Of a stretch of DNA of 39,283 bases, positions 1-8,980 are shown piece by piece. The notes below the pieces were generated by a model. It did not search any database. It was given only the letters and a program-made list of their open reading frames with translations, and was not told the DNA's origin. The stretch is from NCBI GenBank assembly GCA_964570745.1, contig CAZMZQ010000002.1:1-39283 (forward strand). The letters are read 5' to 3'. Positions within the stretch are counted from its first letter, which is position 1. Each line of letters opens with the position of its first letter. The DNA is from an uncultured Anaerolineaceae bacterium (GTDB lineage: Bacteria; Chloroflexota; Anaerolineae; Anaerolineales; Anaerolineaceae). Both the position numbers and the translations under genes were made by a program.

Positions 1-17
1 GTAAAATCTTTTCTCAC

Positions 18-90
18 GCCGAGTTAGCTCAGTTGGTAGAGCATTCGACTGAAAATTGAAGGGTCCACAGTTCGAGTCTGTGACTCGGCA
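18..90 (+). tRNA. tRNA-Phe (anticodon GAA), CCA not encoded
   Basis: Manual cloverleaf: acceptor GCCGAGT/ACTCGGC (18-24/83-89); D-arm GCTC..GAGC; anticodon stem TTCGA/TTGAA with loop CTGAAAA (GAA at 51-53); T-arm CACAG-TTCGAGT-CTGTG; discriminator A90. Confidence 0.93.
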
Positions 91-91
91 C

Positions 92-123
92 AAAACAACC
101 GCAAAGATTGCGGTTGTTTTTTT
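92..123 (+). terminator. Rho-independent terminator after tRNA-Phe
   Basis: Perfect ~13-bp stem AAAACAACCGCAA/TTGCGGTTGTTTT with 3-nt loop, followed by a T-run (119-123). Confidence 0.8.
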
Positions 124-157
124 ATCGCAATCACACTACCTTAATTGGAAAGAAGGC

Positions 158-385
158 TCAGCCTTGCGCCTCTTCCTCTTCCTCGTCTTCAAATTCATCG
201 TCTTCGAATTCTTCAAGATCCTCATCATCGAAATCTTCCATTTCAGAAATTTCGGAGAAAATAATTTCGTCGGTGAGAATGAGGTCGTCAATTTTTTCGT
301 CGATGCTTTCAAGGGCATCGGCAATTCTTTGCATCGACTGGCGCAGCAGGAAAAGTTCATTAATAAGGTTTTCATTTAAGTCCAT
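158..385 (-). CDS. Small hyper-acidic hypothetical protein (75 aa)
   Basis: Internal ATG at 385 is preceded by AAGGAG. The C-terminal third is almost entirely D/E (EMEDFDDEDLEEFEDDEFEDEEEEE). The longer 204-aa ORF extension overlaps pfk on the opposite strand and was dropped. Confidence 0.6.
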   Translation of the reverse strand: MDLNENLINELFLLRQSMQRIADALESIDEKIDDLILTDEIIFSEISEMEDFDDEDLEEFEDDEFEDEEEEEAQG

Positions 386-521
386 GGCAAACTCCTTTAT
401 TATTAATATTACCAAGCCTGATTGCTGAACTGGTAAATCGTAGAGGTTTAGCGTTTTTATCCGAGCTAAAGAGCCAGCTATACTATAATAGAAGAATAAA
501 GGTTTAGAAGGAGTGTCTGCT

Positions 522-1649
522 ATGAAAATTGGTTTGTTAACTGCTGGAAGTGACAGCCCTGGGGTGAACGCCGCTATACGGGGTTTTGGTAAGGCTTCTT
601 CTAACCTGGAAAATGTTGAACTGATTGGTTTCAGAGATGGCTTCGAAGGTTTAATCGGTAACCGTTCAGTGAACCTGTTGAAAGATGGCCAGCTTTCCGG
701 AATTTTGACCCTGGGTGGAACCATTTTGGGAACAAGCCGGTTCATGCCTGATGCGATGGAGATTGGCAACAAGACTGTCGACCAAACGCAATTAGCACTG
801 GATAGTTATAAAAAAAACAAACTTGATGCGCTAGTTTGCATTGGAGACAAATCTGCCCAGTTGGCAGCCTATAAGCTGAGCAAGGCGGGGTTAAACATTA
901 TCACCATCCCCAAATCAGTAGAAAACGATATTCCCCACACGGATAAATGCATCGGGTTTGACAGCGCGCGTGAAATAGCCACACAGGCGATTGACCGGCT
1001 GCACACGAACGCAAGCGCCACTCACCGGATCATGATCGTTGAATTGCTTGGGAATTCTTCTGGCTGGCTTACGCTGGGGGCTGGGCTTGCAGCTGGGGCT
1101 GACGTGATTTTAATTCCTGAGATTCCGTATTATTTCGATTTCATCATTGAAACAATCCAAAACAGAAAGAAGTCCGGGCGTAATTTCTCGTTGGTTGCCG
1201 TAGCTGAAAAAGCCAGGTCAAGGGAATTAATGGATTTTATGGAGATGGCTGCACGAAAAAAGGCAGAAACGCAGGAAGAAAAAGAGAAAACAATCAAAAA
1301 GATTGAGAATAACTATTCGGCTCAAACCTTATTGTTAGCAAACCGACTGGCAGCGGCTACTGATATCGAAACTCACATCACGATCCTGGGTTCGCTGGTA
1401 AGGGGCGGCACCCCCACATCCGCCGACCGTCTTTTGGCAACTCAGTTGGCTGAGTGGAGCCTCAAGATGGTGATGGAAGGTGAATTTGGGCGAATGGCAT
1501 GCCGCCAGGATGGCGCGATGAGCAGCGTGCCCATGGAAGATGTCGCCGGCAAAAACAAACCGATTCCAACAGACCATGGCTGGCTGAGAGGCGCAATCCA
1601 GGTAGATACTTGCCTGGGTGTTTCAGCCGAATTAATCGGTATGGATTAA
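522..1649 (+). CDS. 6-phosphofructokinase family protein with divergent motifs
   Basis: N-terminus MKIGLLTAGSDSPGVNAAIRG and GGTILGTSR resemble PfkA. GAAGGAG lies 8 nt upstream of ATG 522. Several canonical motifs are altered (see findings). Confidence 0.8.
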   Translation: MKIGLLTAGSDSPGVNAAIRGFGKASSNLENVELIGFRDGFEGLIGNRSVNLLKDGQLSGILTLGGTILGTSRFMPDAMEIGNKTVDQTQLALDSYKKNKLDALVCIGDKSAQLAAYKLSKAGLNIITIPKSVENDIPHTDKCIGFDSAREIATQAIDRLHTNASATHRIMIVELLGNSSGWLTLGAGLAAGADVILIPEIPYYFDFIIETIQNRKKSGRNFSLVAVAEKARSRELMDFMEMAARKKAETQEEKEKTIKKIENNYSAQTLLLANRLAAATDIETHITILGSLVRGGTPTSADRLLATQLAEWSLKMVMEGEFGRMACRQDGAMSSVPMEDVAGKNKPIPTDHGWLRGAIQVDTCLGVSAELIGMD

Positions 1650-1693
1650 AACCCATCGATTAAGCAGCAAATCGGTTTTGCTCTTTCCAAGTT

Positions 1694-2926
1694 TTATTCA
1701 TAGCGCAAAGCTTCAACCGGTTCGAGGTTGGCAGCCCTGCTGGCAGGATAAAGTCCGAAAAACAAGCCTACCATGGTTGAAAACATCGTGGCAAGCAGGA
1801 TTGCCTCGATCTGAATAACGGGAGTGAGTGGTGTGCCAAAATTCGAGGCGACCATTCCAACTATTAAACCCAAGAGCCAACCAAGTCCAATACCAAGAAT
1901 ACCGCCAATCAAACTGAGCAAGGCGGATTCAGTAAGAAATTGCAGACGAATGTCGGCTTTTCGGGCTCCTAACGCTTTCCGCAGCCCGATCTCTCGTGTG
2001 CGTTCTGTCACTGTCACCAGCATGATGTTCATGATGCCAATCCCACCCACTAAAAGCGATATGCCAGCGATTCCTGCCAAAAAGATGGTGAAGATATTGG
2101 TGATCGAATTAGCAATGCTGAGGATATCTTCCTGATTGGTGAGGGTAAAATCGTTGCCCTGGCGTGGATTCAGACGGTGTGAATCCCTCAAAATTGCCTG
2201 AGCTTCTTCTATGGCAGCTTTAATCGATTGCGAGTCTTTTGCCTGGAGGATGATGTATTGAACACTTCCGGTAGCTGATTGACGGCTGATTCGAAGCTGC
2301 ATTGTGGTTATCGGCATATATGCCATCAAGTCCGGATTGTTAAATTGGGTTGCGCCTTTTGCTTTGGTGACACCAATGACACGGTAGGGGAAGTCGTTAA
2401 TCCGTATCATCGTCCCCACAACACCACTGCGCTTTCCGGTAAGACGTTCTGCCATTTCAGGACCCAATACGACCACAGCCGCACGGGATTCAACATCAGA
2501 CGGAGAAAAATTTGCACCTTCTTCAATTTCAAGACCGGTGATATCTCCATATTCCGAATAGCTGCCATAGAGCATGTTTTTCTCACTGGCATCTGCCAGC
2601 GTAAAAGTTACCTGTTCCATTAGAACTGGTGCGACACGCTGGATGTGCGGAGCACGGCTGCGATTTGTAAGAGCTTCAGCATCTGCGATCGTAAGAGGTT
2701 TAGGAGAGGTGACATTCTCTCCGTCTGAGTACTGCATCACGTTAATCACATTGGTACCAATGGATTCGATTTGTCCGAGAATGCTGGATTGAGCGCCTTC
2801 ACCAATTGAGAGAATCCCGATGACCGCTCCGACGCCGATGATAATGCCTAAAACTGTCAGGAAAGAACGGGTTTTGTTTGCCGAAATGCTCGCCAAAGCT
2901 TCTTTTATCACTCGTAAGAACGGCAT
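1694..2926 (-). CDS. ABC transporter permease, MacB/FtsX-like
   Basis: N-terminal TM helix, a large extracytoplasmic MacB-type domain and a C-terminal FtsX-type 3-TM bundle (REIGLRKALGA motif). ATGA overlap with the upstream ATPase gene. Confidence 0.88.
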   Translation of the reverse strand: MPFLRVIKEALASISANKTRSFLTVLGIIIGVGAVIGILSIGEGAQSSILGQIESIGTNVINVMQYSDGENVTSPKPLTIADAEALTNRSRAPHIQRVAPVLMEQVTFTLADASEKNMLYGSYSEYGDITGLEIEEGANFSPSDVESRAAVVVLGPEMAERLTGKRSGVVGTMIRINDFPYRVIGVTKAKGATQFNNPDLMAYMPITTMQLRISRQSATGSVQYIILQAKDSQSIKAAIEEAQAILRDSHRLNPRQGNDFTLTNQEDILSIANSITNIFTIFLAGIAGISLLVGGIGIMNIMLVTVTERTREIGLRKALGARKADIRLQFLTESALLSLIGGILGIGLGWLLGLIVGMVASNFGTPLTPVIQIEAILLATMFSTMVGLFFGLYPASRAANLEPVEALRYE

Positions 2927-3624
2927 CAGACCACCTCATCCCCGGCGACTTTTCCATCAAACAGGTTTATCGTCCGTTGTGCCTGGGCGGCAATTCCGGG
3001 GTCATGAGTCACAATCACGATGGTTGTATGTTTTTCCCGGTTTAATTTGAGTAATAAATCCATGATTTCCTTACCTGACGTTGAATCAAGGTTGCCTGTA
3101 GGTTCATCTGCCAGGATTATCGCCGGTTGGTTTACCAGCGCACGAGCGATGGCAACCCGTTGTTGTTGACCGCCGGAAAGCTCGTTAGGCTTGTGTTTCA
3201 TCCGATCTCCCAAGCCGACCGCCTCAAGAGTTTCCCTAGCTCTCTTATCCATATTGGAAGTGTCACCGCTGTAGCGTAGAGGCAGCTCTACATTTTCAAT
3301 TGCATCAGCCCGCGGAAGCAGATTGTATTTCTGAAAGACAAATCCGATTTTTTTATTGCGGACCGGCGCAAGTTCATCGTCAACCAGGTTTGAAACAAGC
3401 ATACCGTCCAGGTAATATTCGCCATCTGTCGGCGAATCGAGACAGCCAATCATATTCATCAGTGTTGATTTCCCCGAGCCGCTGGGTCCCATAATCGCCA
3501 CAAACTCACCCGGATAAATATCCAGGTTAACACCTCTCAAGGCATGCACATCGATCTCTCCGAGTTGGTAGACTTTCGTGAGCTCACGCACCTTGATAAC
3601 CGGGTCTTTTACCATCAGATTCAC
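2926..3624 (-). CDS. ABC transporter ATP-binding protein (MacB/LolD-type)
   Basis: Walker [10 protein letters not shown], signature [15 protein letters not shown], Walker [12 protein letters not shown]. Start is GTG 3624 or ATG 3615. Confidence 0.93.
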   Translation of the reverse strand: MNLMVKDPVIKVRELTKVYQLGEIDVHALRGVNLDIYPGEFVAIMGPSGSGKSTLMNMIGCLDSPTDGEYYLDGMLVSNLVDDELAPVRNKKIGFVFQKYNLLPRADAIENVELPLRYSGDTSNMDKRARETLEAVGLGDRMKHKPNELSGGQQQRVAIARALVNQPAIILADEPTGNLDSTSGKEIMDLLLKLNREKHTTIVIVTHDPGIAAQAQRTINLFDGKVAGDEVV

Positions 3625-5004
3625 CTAAGGCACCATATTTCCGAAGCCAAATCTGTCAATAAGGCTGGTAGGCGGGTTCAGGATGATCAATTCACCTTCC
3701 TGGATATCTGCCTCAAGAATTTCAACCATGCGGCTTGAATATCCACCAACCGTCACTGCCACCAGGATAGGATTGTTATTTCTCAGAACGTAAACATAAT
3801 CCTGCCCATCACGGGCAATGACTGCCTCGAAAGGCACAACCAGTACGTCATGTTTTTCTTCGGTAAGTATCTGAACTCCAGCCGTCATCCCGGGTTTAAT
3901 ACGGTTTCCACTTTCATTCATTTTAATAGTGACCAAATAATTAACCACTCCCGTGGTGCGATCACCCGTCTCGGAAATGGCTGTTACTTCTCCGGTAAAG
4001 GTGTCTTCATAATAGGCATCAAACGACAATTGAGCCTTCTGACCAACCTGAATAGTGGGTATATCGACTTCTGAGACAGGAACTTCAACGAACAGGTTGC
4101 TTAAATCAGCTATTTCAACTGCCTGCAATCCAGGGCTAACCGGATCGCCTGCTTTTTGTGAGATTTTCAGTATCGTTCCATTGAAAGGAGCTAAAACATA
4201 TTGGTTTTCAAGCTGCTTCTTGGCGAGATCGAGCTGCAATTCCAGCTTTTCTTTTTCAACCGGGTCAACTCCTGTGTTGATTTTGGCAAGATCTGCCTGC
4301 CATTGATTGATATTTTGCTCCGAGAAATCAAGCTGCCCCTGCAAAGATGCAAGTTGTTGATTTACAACCACTGGATCACAATAATCAAGAGCTATTCGGG
4401 CAGCCTGGACTGCAAGCCAGCGCGACTCAGTAGGCCATTCCTGGTAATTTTCAAGAGCGACATCGTAGTCACGCTGCAGGTTGTTCAGACGCCAATCAGC
4501 ACAAGCGCGGTTTTCCAGATTGATCATCTGGTTGTTCAACGAAAGGATATTTTCTTCGGCTTGCTGAATATTGTTGTTGAGCGTAACCCGCTGAATTTTC
4601 GTGTTTGCTTCCAGGCTTTCAAGTGCCTGTTCAGCAGACAGAACGCTCAGCCTAGCCTGAAGAATCTCCGCCGGCAGATCATCCTCGTCTAAACTGAGTA
4701 AGATATCGCCGTTCTGAACTTCTTGATTAACTTCAACCGAAATGTTTCCAACGCTGCCTCCGCTCTGCCAGAGTAAAACAGCAGATTGTTGAGGGCGGAC
4801 GTTGCCAGTTCCATTAATGGTTGTGCGCAAGGTGTCGCGATTGAGTGGAATCGTATTAAGGTTCGCAAGGGTCGTTTTCATTGCCTGTTGCTGCCGATAT
4901 TGGCTAAACAAAAAGATAATTGCGGCAATCAGAAGAAGAACGCCCAAGGTAATCCACAACCGGGATCCCTTTTTCTTCTTTATCGGTTTTACGTCTGTTG
5001 TCAT
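3625..5004 (-). CDS. HlyD/MacA-family periplasmic adaptor (efflux membrane fusion protein)
   Basis: N-terminal TM anchor, long coiled-coil middle and C-terminal beta-barrel region. It is the first gene of a three-gene operon with the ABC ATPase and permease. Confidence 0.8.
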   Translation of the reverse strand: MTTDVKPIKKKKGSRLWITLGVLLLIAAIIFLFSQYRQQQAMKTTLANLNTIPLNRDTLRTTINGTGNVRPQQSAVLLWQSGGSVGNISVEVNQEVQNGDILLSLDEDDLPAEILQARLSVLSAEQALESLEANTKIQRVTLNNNIQQAEENILSLNNQMINLENRACADWRLNNLQRDYDVALENYQEWPTESRWLAVQAARIALDYCDPVVVNQQLASLQGQLDFSEQNINQWQADLAKINTGVDPVEKEKLELQLDLAKKQLENQYVLAPFNGTILKISQKAGDPVSPGLQAVEIADLSNLFVEVPVSEVDIPTIQVGQKAQLSFDAYYEDTFTGEVTAISETGDRTTGVVNYLVTIKMNESGNRIKPGMTAGVQILTEEKHDVLVVPFEAVIARDGQDYVYVLRNNNPILVAVTVGGYSSRMVEILEADIQEGELIILNPPTSLIDRFGFGNMVP

Positions 5005-5080
5005 TCTTCCTCCTGAAAAATCTATGAAAAAAGATTACCAGTCCGGTATTAGATTGTTGTTAAAATAAAAAGAAAGCAGA

Positions 5081-5620
5081 TCAGCGAATTATTTTCGAGA
5101 TTCCTCTGAATTGATCATGATTTGCGTCCCGCAGCAGGGAGAACAGAGCCATTTCCACGGTTGTCAGATGCACCCCCTCCGCACTTAGTTCCCGTAGAGC
5201 AATATCCTTGTTATAAAGAGAGCGGGAAGAGACTGCGTCTGCAACCATCCAGATATCAAAGCAATCTTCGAGCATTTGAACAGCGCTTTGATAGAGGCAG
5301 ACATGGCTTTCGAACCCACATAACAAAACCTGTTTTCTTCCGGTATCAAGGATAGCTTTCCTGACGTTTTCATCGCTCCAAACGCTAAAGGTCGTTCGAG
5401 GGTATTCATGATGATCAGGCAAGATTTCTCTCAGTGCATCAGTGGTATGACCAATTTTTTCCGGAGCCTGGGCAGTAAGAATGATGGGCAAATCCAGGGC
5501 AAGACCAGCTCGTACCAGCCTGCTCACATTCAAATTTGCCAATTCTGCTTCGGCAACAACTTTTGCCAGGTTCCCCTGAACATCAATCACAACGATCAAA
5601 CTATCACTTTGGTTAAGCAT
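5081..5620 (-). CDS. Isochorismatase-family cysteine hydrolase
   Basis: LIVVIDVQ N-terminal motif and LLCGFESHVC (catalytic Cys context) typical of the isochorismatase/YcaC fold. Confidence 0.8.
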   Translation of the reverse strand: MLNQSDSLIVVIDVQGNLAKVVAEAELANLNVSRLVRAGLALDLPIILTAQAPEKIGHTTDALREILPDHHEYPRTTFSVWSDENVRKAILDTGRKQVLLCGFESHVCLYQSAVQMLEDCFDIWMVADAVSSRSLYNKDIALRELSAEGVHLTTVEMALFSLLRDANHDQFRGISKIIR

Positions 5621-5662
5621 AAAAACTCCTTTTGCACAGAGCTATTATAATTTTAACGAAAG

Positions 5663-6295
5663 GTGATTATGAGGACAGCACAAGCTTTTGACGTTATCAT
5701 GGACGCACTCAAGTTATGGTGGAAAGACTGGGCTAACCAGGTTGTTGTTTCCCTGGCAGCCATTCTTGCGGGGTTGACGATAGTTTTAGCACCTGCAGCC
5801 CTGTTTGGGATTTACCAGGAGTCGCTGGATCTCACTCACAACACCCGAACAGGTCTGATCGGTTTCTGGAAAGGGTTCAAGTCATATTTCAAACAAAACC
5901 TTACCTGGGGTGCCCTCAACCTGCTGGTTTTGTTAATTTTGGTGAGCAATATATGGTTTTATTACAACTCGCAGCTTAACCTGGCTCCCATTCTGGCAAT
6001 ATTAATGATCCTGATTGGGTTGTTTTGGATAAGCTGGCAGTTTTTCGCACTGGCATGCTTATTCTTGCAAGAAGAAAAATCCTTAAAGTTAGCCTGGAAA
6101 AATGGATTGGCAGTCATGCTTGGTCAGCCGGGTTATTCTATGTTCCTGGCAATCACAATGCTGGCGCTTTTGATGCTTTCCGCCAGGTATTACATCCCGC
6201 TGGCGCTTGGCAGCCTGCCGCTAGTTGCCATCCTTAGCCTGAGGGCTGTCCAGGCAACTTTGGGCAAAGAAGGAAAGGCAAACGAACCTGCCTAA
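5663..6295 (+). CDS. Integral membrane protein (DUF624/YesL-like?)
   Basis: About 5 hydrophobic helices. The family name is a guess. Start may be GTG 5663 or ATG 5669. Confidence 0.55.
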   Translation: MIMRTAQAFDVIMDALKLWWKDWANQVVVSLAAILAGLTIVLAPAALFGIYQESLDLTHNTRTGLIGFWKGFKSYFKQNLTWGALNLLVLLILVSNIWFYYNSQLNLAPILAILMILIGLFWISWQFFALACLFLQEEKSLKLAWKNGLAVMLGQPGYSMFLAITMLALLMLSARYYIPLALGSLPLVAILSLRAVQATLGKEGKANEPA

Positions 6296-6368
6296 TGATA
6301 AAGATACGCAAACATGGTAAGCTCTGCTATACTTAATATGTAATCTTACACGACCCGGAGAGAATACA

Positions 6369-7397
6369 ATGGCAAGAAAAGTATTAGGTTACATCGAATT
6401 AGTTTGGACTTGTGACAGCTGTCAGACTAAAAACCCAGGCGCAATCCGAAGTTGTACATCCTGTGGTGCTCCGCAACCATTCGGCGTCCGTTTCGAAAAA
6501 GTCGACGCAGATACCTTCAACTACATCAAAGATGAAGCATTGATTCGTATGGCGAAAAGCGGTCCGGATAAACACTGTCCCTATTGTGGGACGCGCAACC
6601 CCGCAGAAGCACAAATCTGCGTCAAGTGCGGTGGTGACCTGACAGTCGGTGCCACAAGCAGACCAGTCGGTGCGATTGTTCAAAAGCAAACTGCCCAGGA
6701 CCCTCAATCAACGACTTCTAAAGTGACAAACCAAACTGGAAACCTCAGGCAGGAATCAACCTCTTCGAAGTCAACGCCAAAATGGCTGCCAATTCTAGGT
6801 ATCTTGCTGCTGGTCTTTTGTCTGGCATTTGGTGCCTGGTTTTTTACGAAGGCAAGCCGGAGCGAAAGTCTGGACGCCACAGTTACCCAGACCTATTGGC
6901 TGCGGAAGGTTGAAATTGAAGCATACCAGTTAGTACTGGAAAAAGATTGGTCAGAAAACATTCCTGTTGGTGCCCGCTCTTACAACTGCAGTATGCGTCA
7001 TCGTAGTGATTCCGATACCTACCAACCAAATTCAACCGAGGTGTGTGGAGAGCCTTACACAATAGATACCGGAACTGGAATTGGCAAAGTAGTTCAGGAT
7101 TGTTATTACGAAGTTTATGAAGAATATTGTTCTTACGACACGATGCAGTGGGTCGTAATCGATACGCTCAAACTAGATGGATATGATACCCAGGCAAGCT
7201 GGCCTGCAAGAGCCCTGACAAGTGAACAGCGTGTCGGAAATTCAACAGAATCTTATGTGATTACCTTTCTTGGCGAGGGTGAGAATTATACCTATCGAAC
7301 CACAGACTACAACCTGTTTCAGCAGGCTTTTCAAGGCAGCAAATGGGTGATTAAGATTAATGGTTTTGGAGACGTAACAGAAATCAAGCCTGATTGA
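6369..7397 (+). CDS. Double zinc-ribbon, single-pass membrane protein
   Basis: Two CxxC-N-CxxC ribbons (CDSC..CTSC; CPYC..CVKC), an S/T/Q-rich linker, a TM helix (WLPILGILLLVFCLAFGAWFF) and a 190-aa C-terminal domain with 4 Cys. Confidence 0.7.
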   Translation: MARKVLGYIELVWTCDSCQTKNPGAIRSCTSCGAPQPFGVRFEKVDADTFNYIKDEALIRMAKSGPDKHCPYCGTRNPAEAQICVKCGGDLTVGATSRPVGAIVQKQTAQDPQSTTSKVTNQTGNLRQESTSSKSTPKWLPILGILLLVFCLAFGAWFFTKASRSESLDATVTQTYWLRKVEIEAYQLVLEKDWSENIPVGARSYNCSMRHRSDSDTYQPNSTEVCGEPYTIDTGTGIGKVVQDCYYEVYEEYCSYDTMQWVVIDTLKLDGYDTQASWPARALTSEQRVGNSTESYVITFLGEGENYTYRTTDYNLFQQAFQGSKWVIKINGFGDVTEIKPD

Positions 7398-7404
7398 ACT
7401 GGTG

Positions 7405-8070
7405 TTATAACTCGAGTTTGTAACCTACACCTCTTACGGTTTTAATTAAATCAGGGTTTTGAGGATTTTCTTCGATTGCTTTTCGCAGCCAACTTATGTG
7501 AACGTCCAGGCTTCGCGTGTCTTCTGTGTAATCGGTATTCCAGGCTTGTTTGAATAATTCTTCACGAGGGAATTCAAAGCCAGGATTATTCATAAGGATC
7601 TCAAGAAGTTGGGCTAATCGGGGCGTGAGATAAGTTGTCTTTTGGTTATAGGTGACCATGTGCGTTTTCAGGTTAAGAAGCAAAGGTCCCTCGACAAGCA
7701 AGTCCTGGTTGCGGGTATTTTCGAATGAACGCAAGCGATTGACAATTTTTTGAACCGTGAACGGCAGGTGAAGAATGACATCAATGGTTTCAGCGTCGTC
7801 AATCGGTTCATCTTCTGCAACAATGAGGATTACAGGTGTTTCGGGTAAGCGGTTGTGATACCAGGAGGCTATGCGCAAACCATTGGTTCGTAAAGAAGCG
7901 GCATTAATGATAATTACATCGGGCAGAAAGTCATTCAATCTGGTGAGCCCTTCACCTCCACTTTCAACTCCCAGGACCATATAGCCTTTACGCAGAAGGG
8001 CATCTTTGAAACAACTTTCTAACTTTCGGGATCGCTCAATTAATAATACTTTTAGTTGTTGTTTCTGCAA
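7405..8070 (-). CDS. OmpR/PhoB-family winged-helix regulator with degenerate (pseudo-)receiver domain
   Basis: C-terminal trans_reg_C motifs (LTPRLAQLLEIL.., VHISWLRKAIE, IKTVRGVGYKL). The N-terminal receiver fold lacks canonical acidic and Lys residues. Confidence 0.85.
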   Translation of the reverse strand: MQKQQLKVLLIERSRKLESCFKDALLRKGYMVLGVESGGEGLTRLNDFLPDVIIINAASLRTNGLRIASWYHNRLPETPVILIVAEDEPIDDAETIDVILHLPFTVQKIVNRLRSFENTRNQDLLVEGPLLLNLKTHMVTYNQKTTYLTPRLAQLLEILMNNPGFEFPREELFKQAWNTDYTEDTRSLDVHISWLRKAIEENPQNPDLIKTVRGVGYKLEL

Positions 8071-8402
8071 CTCTGCCTCAACACTTAATAATCATTCAAC
8101 CAGATTAACCCACCACCATAAAGGTCAGACGCCAGAATACCGCTGCTTCAAAACGGTAATGACAAGTCCATTATATCCGAAAGATGAAAAATTTTCCCAG
8201 TGTTTTTAAAGAGGTTACCCCATTAGAAAAGACGATCTGTCAGGCAGAATCCGCACCTGGTGGGGATATAATCAAGTCTGTGTCGCTATGTGGAATCGGA
8301 GCGACAGCAATGAAATTATCAAAGCACAATCTAATTTTAGATATGTTTTGGCATAACATGTTAGAATCAACTTCAAACCTCTTAGTAAACTTTTGGTGAA
8401 AT

Positions 8403-8960
8403 ATGGGAAAAATGATTGAATGCGCGATTGACAGCGTGAGGGTCAGTCTGACCAATCAGGATCGTGTAATTGTTTTAAAGGACAAAGACGACGAGCGGTA
8501 TGTGCCGATTTGGATCGGTTTGTTTGAAGCTGAATCCATCACGATTGCCTTACAAAATATCGCAGTTGCGAGACCTTTAACTCACGACCTGATGCTCGAC
8601 ATGCTACATAAAATGGGGGGACGGCTTTTGAGGGTCGAAATAACCGGACTGGTTTCAGAAACTTATTACGCCAACCTGGTCGTTCAGACAGATAAAGAGG
8701 TATCCATCGATTGCCGTCCTTCAGATGCGCTTGCACTCGTCGTGCGTACCGGAGCCCCAATATTCGTTGACGAAGAAATCCTGAATGAAGTTGGAATCCA
8801 ACCTGAAGATGCAATCTATCTTGAACCGGAAAATGAAGAAGAAGAGGATGATTTGCCAGGAAATCTTTCGGTTTTTGAAGATTTCTTAGGCAAAATCGAC
8901 CAGGAAGATGACTCTGAGGAATCAACAAGCTCAGAGGATGCCCCGGAAGATCCCGAATAG
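8403..8960 (+). CDS. Bifunctional nuclease (BFN/DUF151) family protein with acidic tail
   Basis: Motifs VIVLKDKDDERYVPIWIG, EAESI, RPLTHDL and DCRPSDALALA-like are typical of DUF151. Confidence 0.8.
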   Translation: MGKMIECAIDSVRVSLTNQDRVIVLKDKDDERYVPIWIGLFEAESITIALQNIAVARPLTHDLMLDMLHKMGGRLLRVEITGLVSETYYANLVVQTDKEVSIDCRPSDALALVVRTGAPIFVDEEILNEVGIQPEDAIYLEPENEEEEDDLPGNLSVFEDFLGKIDQEDDSEESTSSEDAPEDPE

Positions 8961-8980
8961 TTGGCAGAAAGCTGGCAGAT

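Noticed and set aside
18-90. tRNA-Phe as the integration site of the phage-like element.
   Set aside because: It is ~19.8 kb away from the cluster with many unrelated housekeeping genes between. No tRNA-derived repeat was seen at the cluster borders.
108-428. Plus-strand ORF encoding a poly-Ser protein.
   Set aside because: It is the antisense mirror of the GAA/GAT-rich acidic tail on the minus strand. It has no RBS and starts inside the tRNA terminator.
386-772. N-terminal 129 codons of the 204-aa minus-strand ORF 158-772.
   Set aside because: It overlaps the pfk start region on the opposite strand and has a Pro/Ser/Lys-rich low-complexity composition. A strong AAGGAG plus ATG at 385 gives a coherent 75-aa protein.
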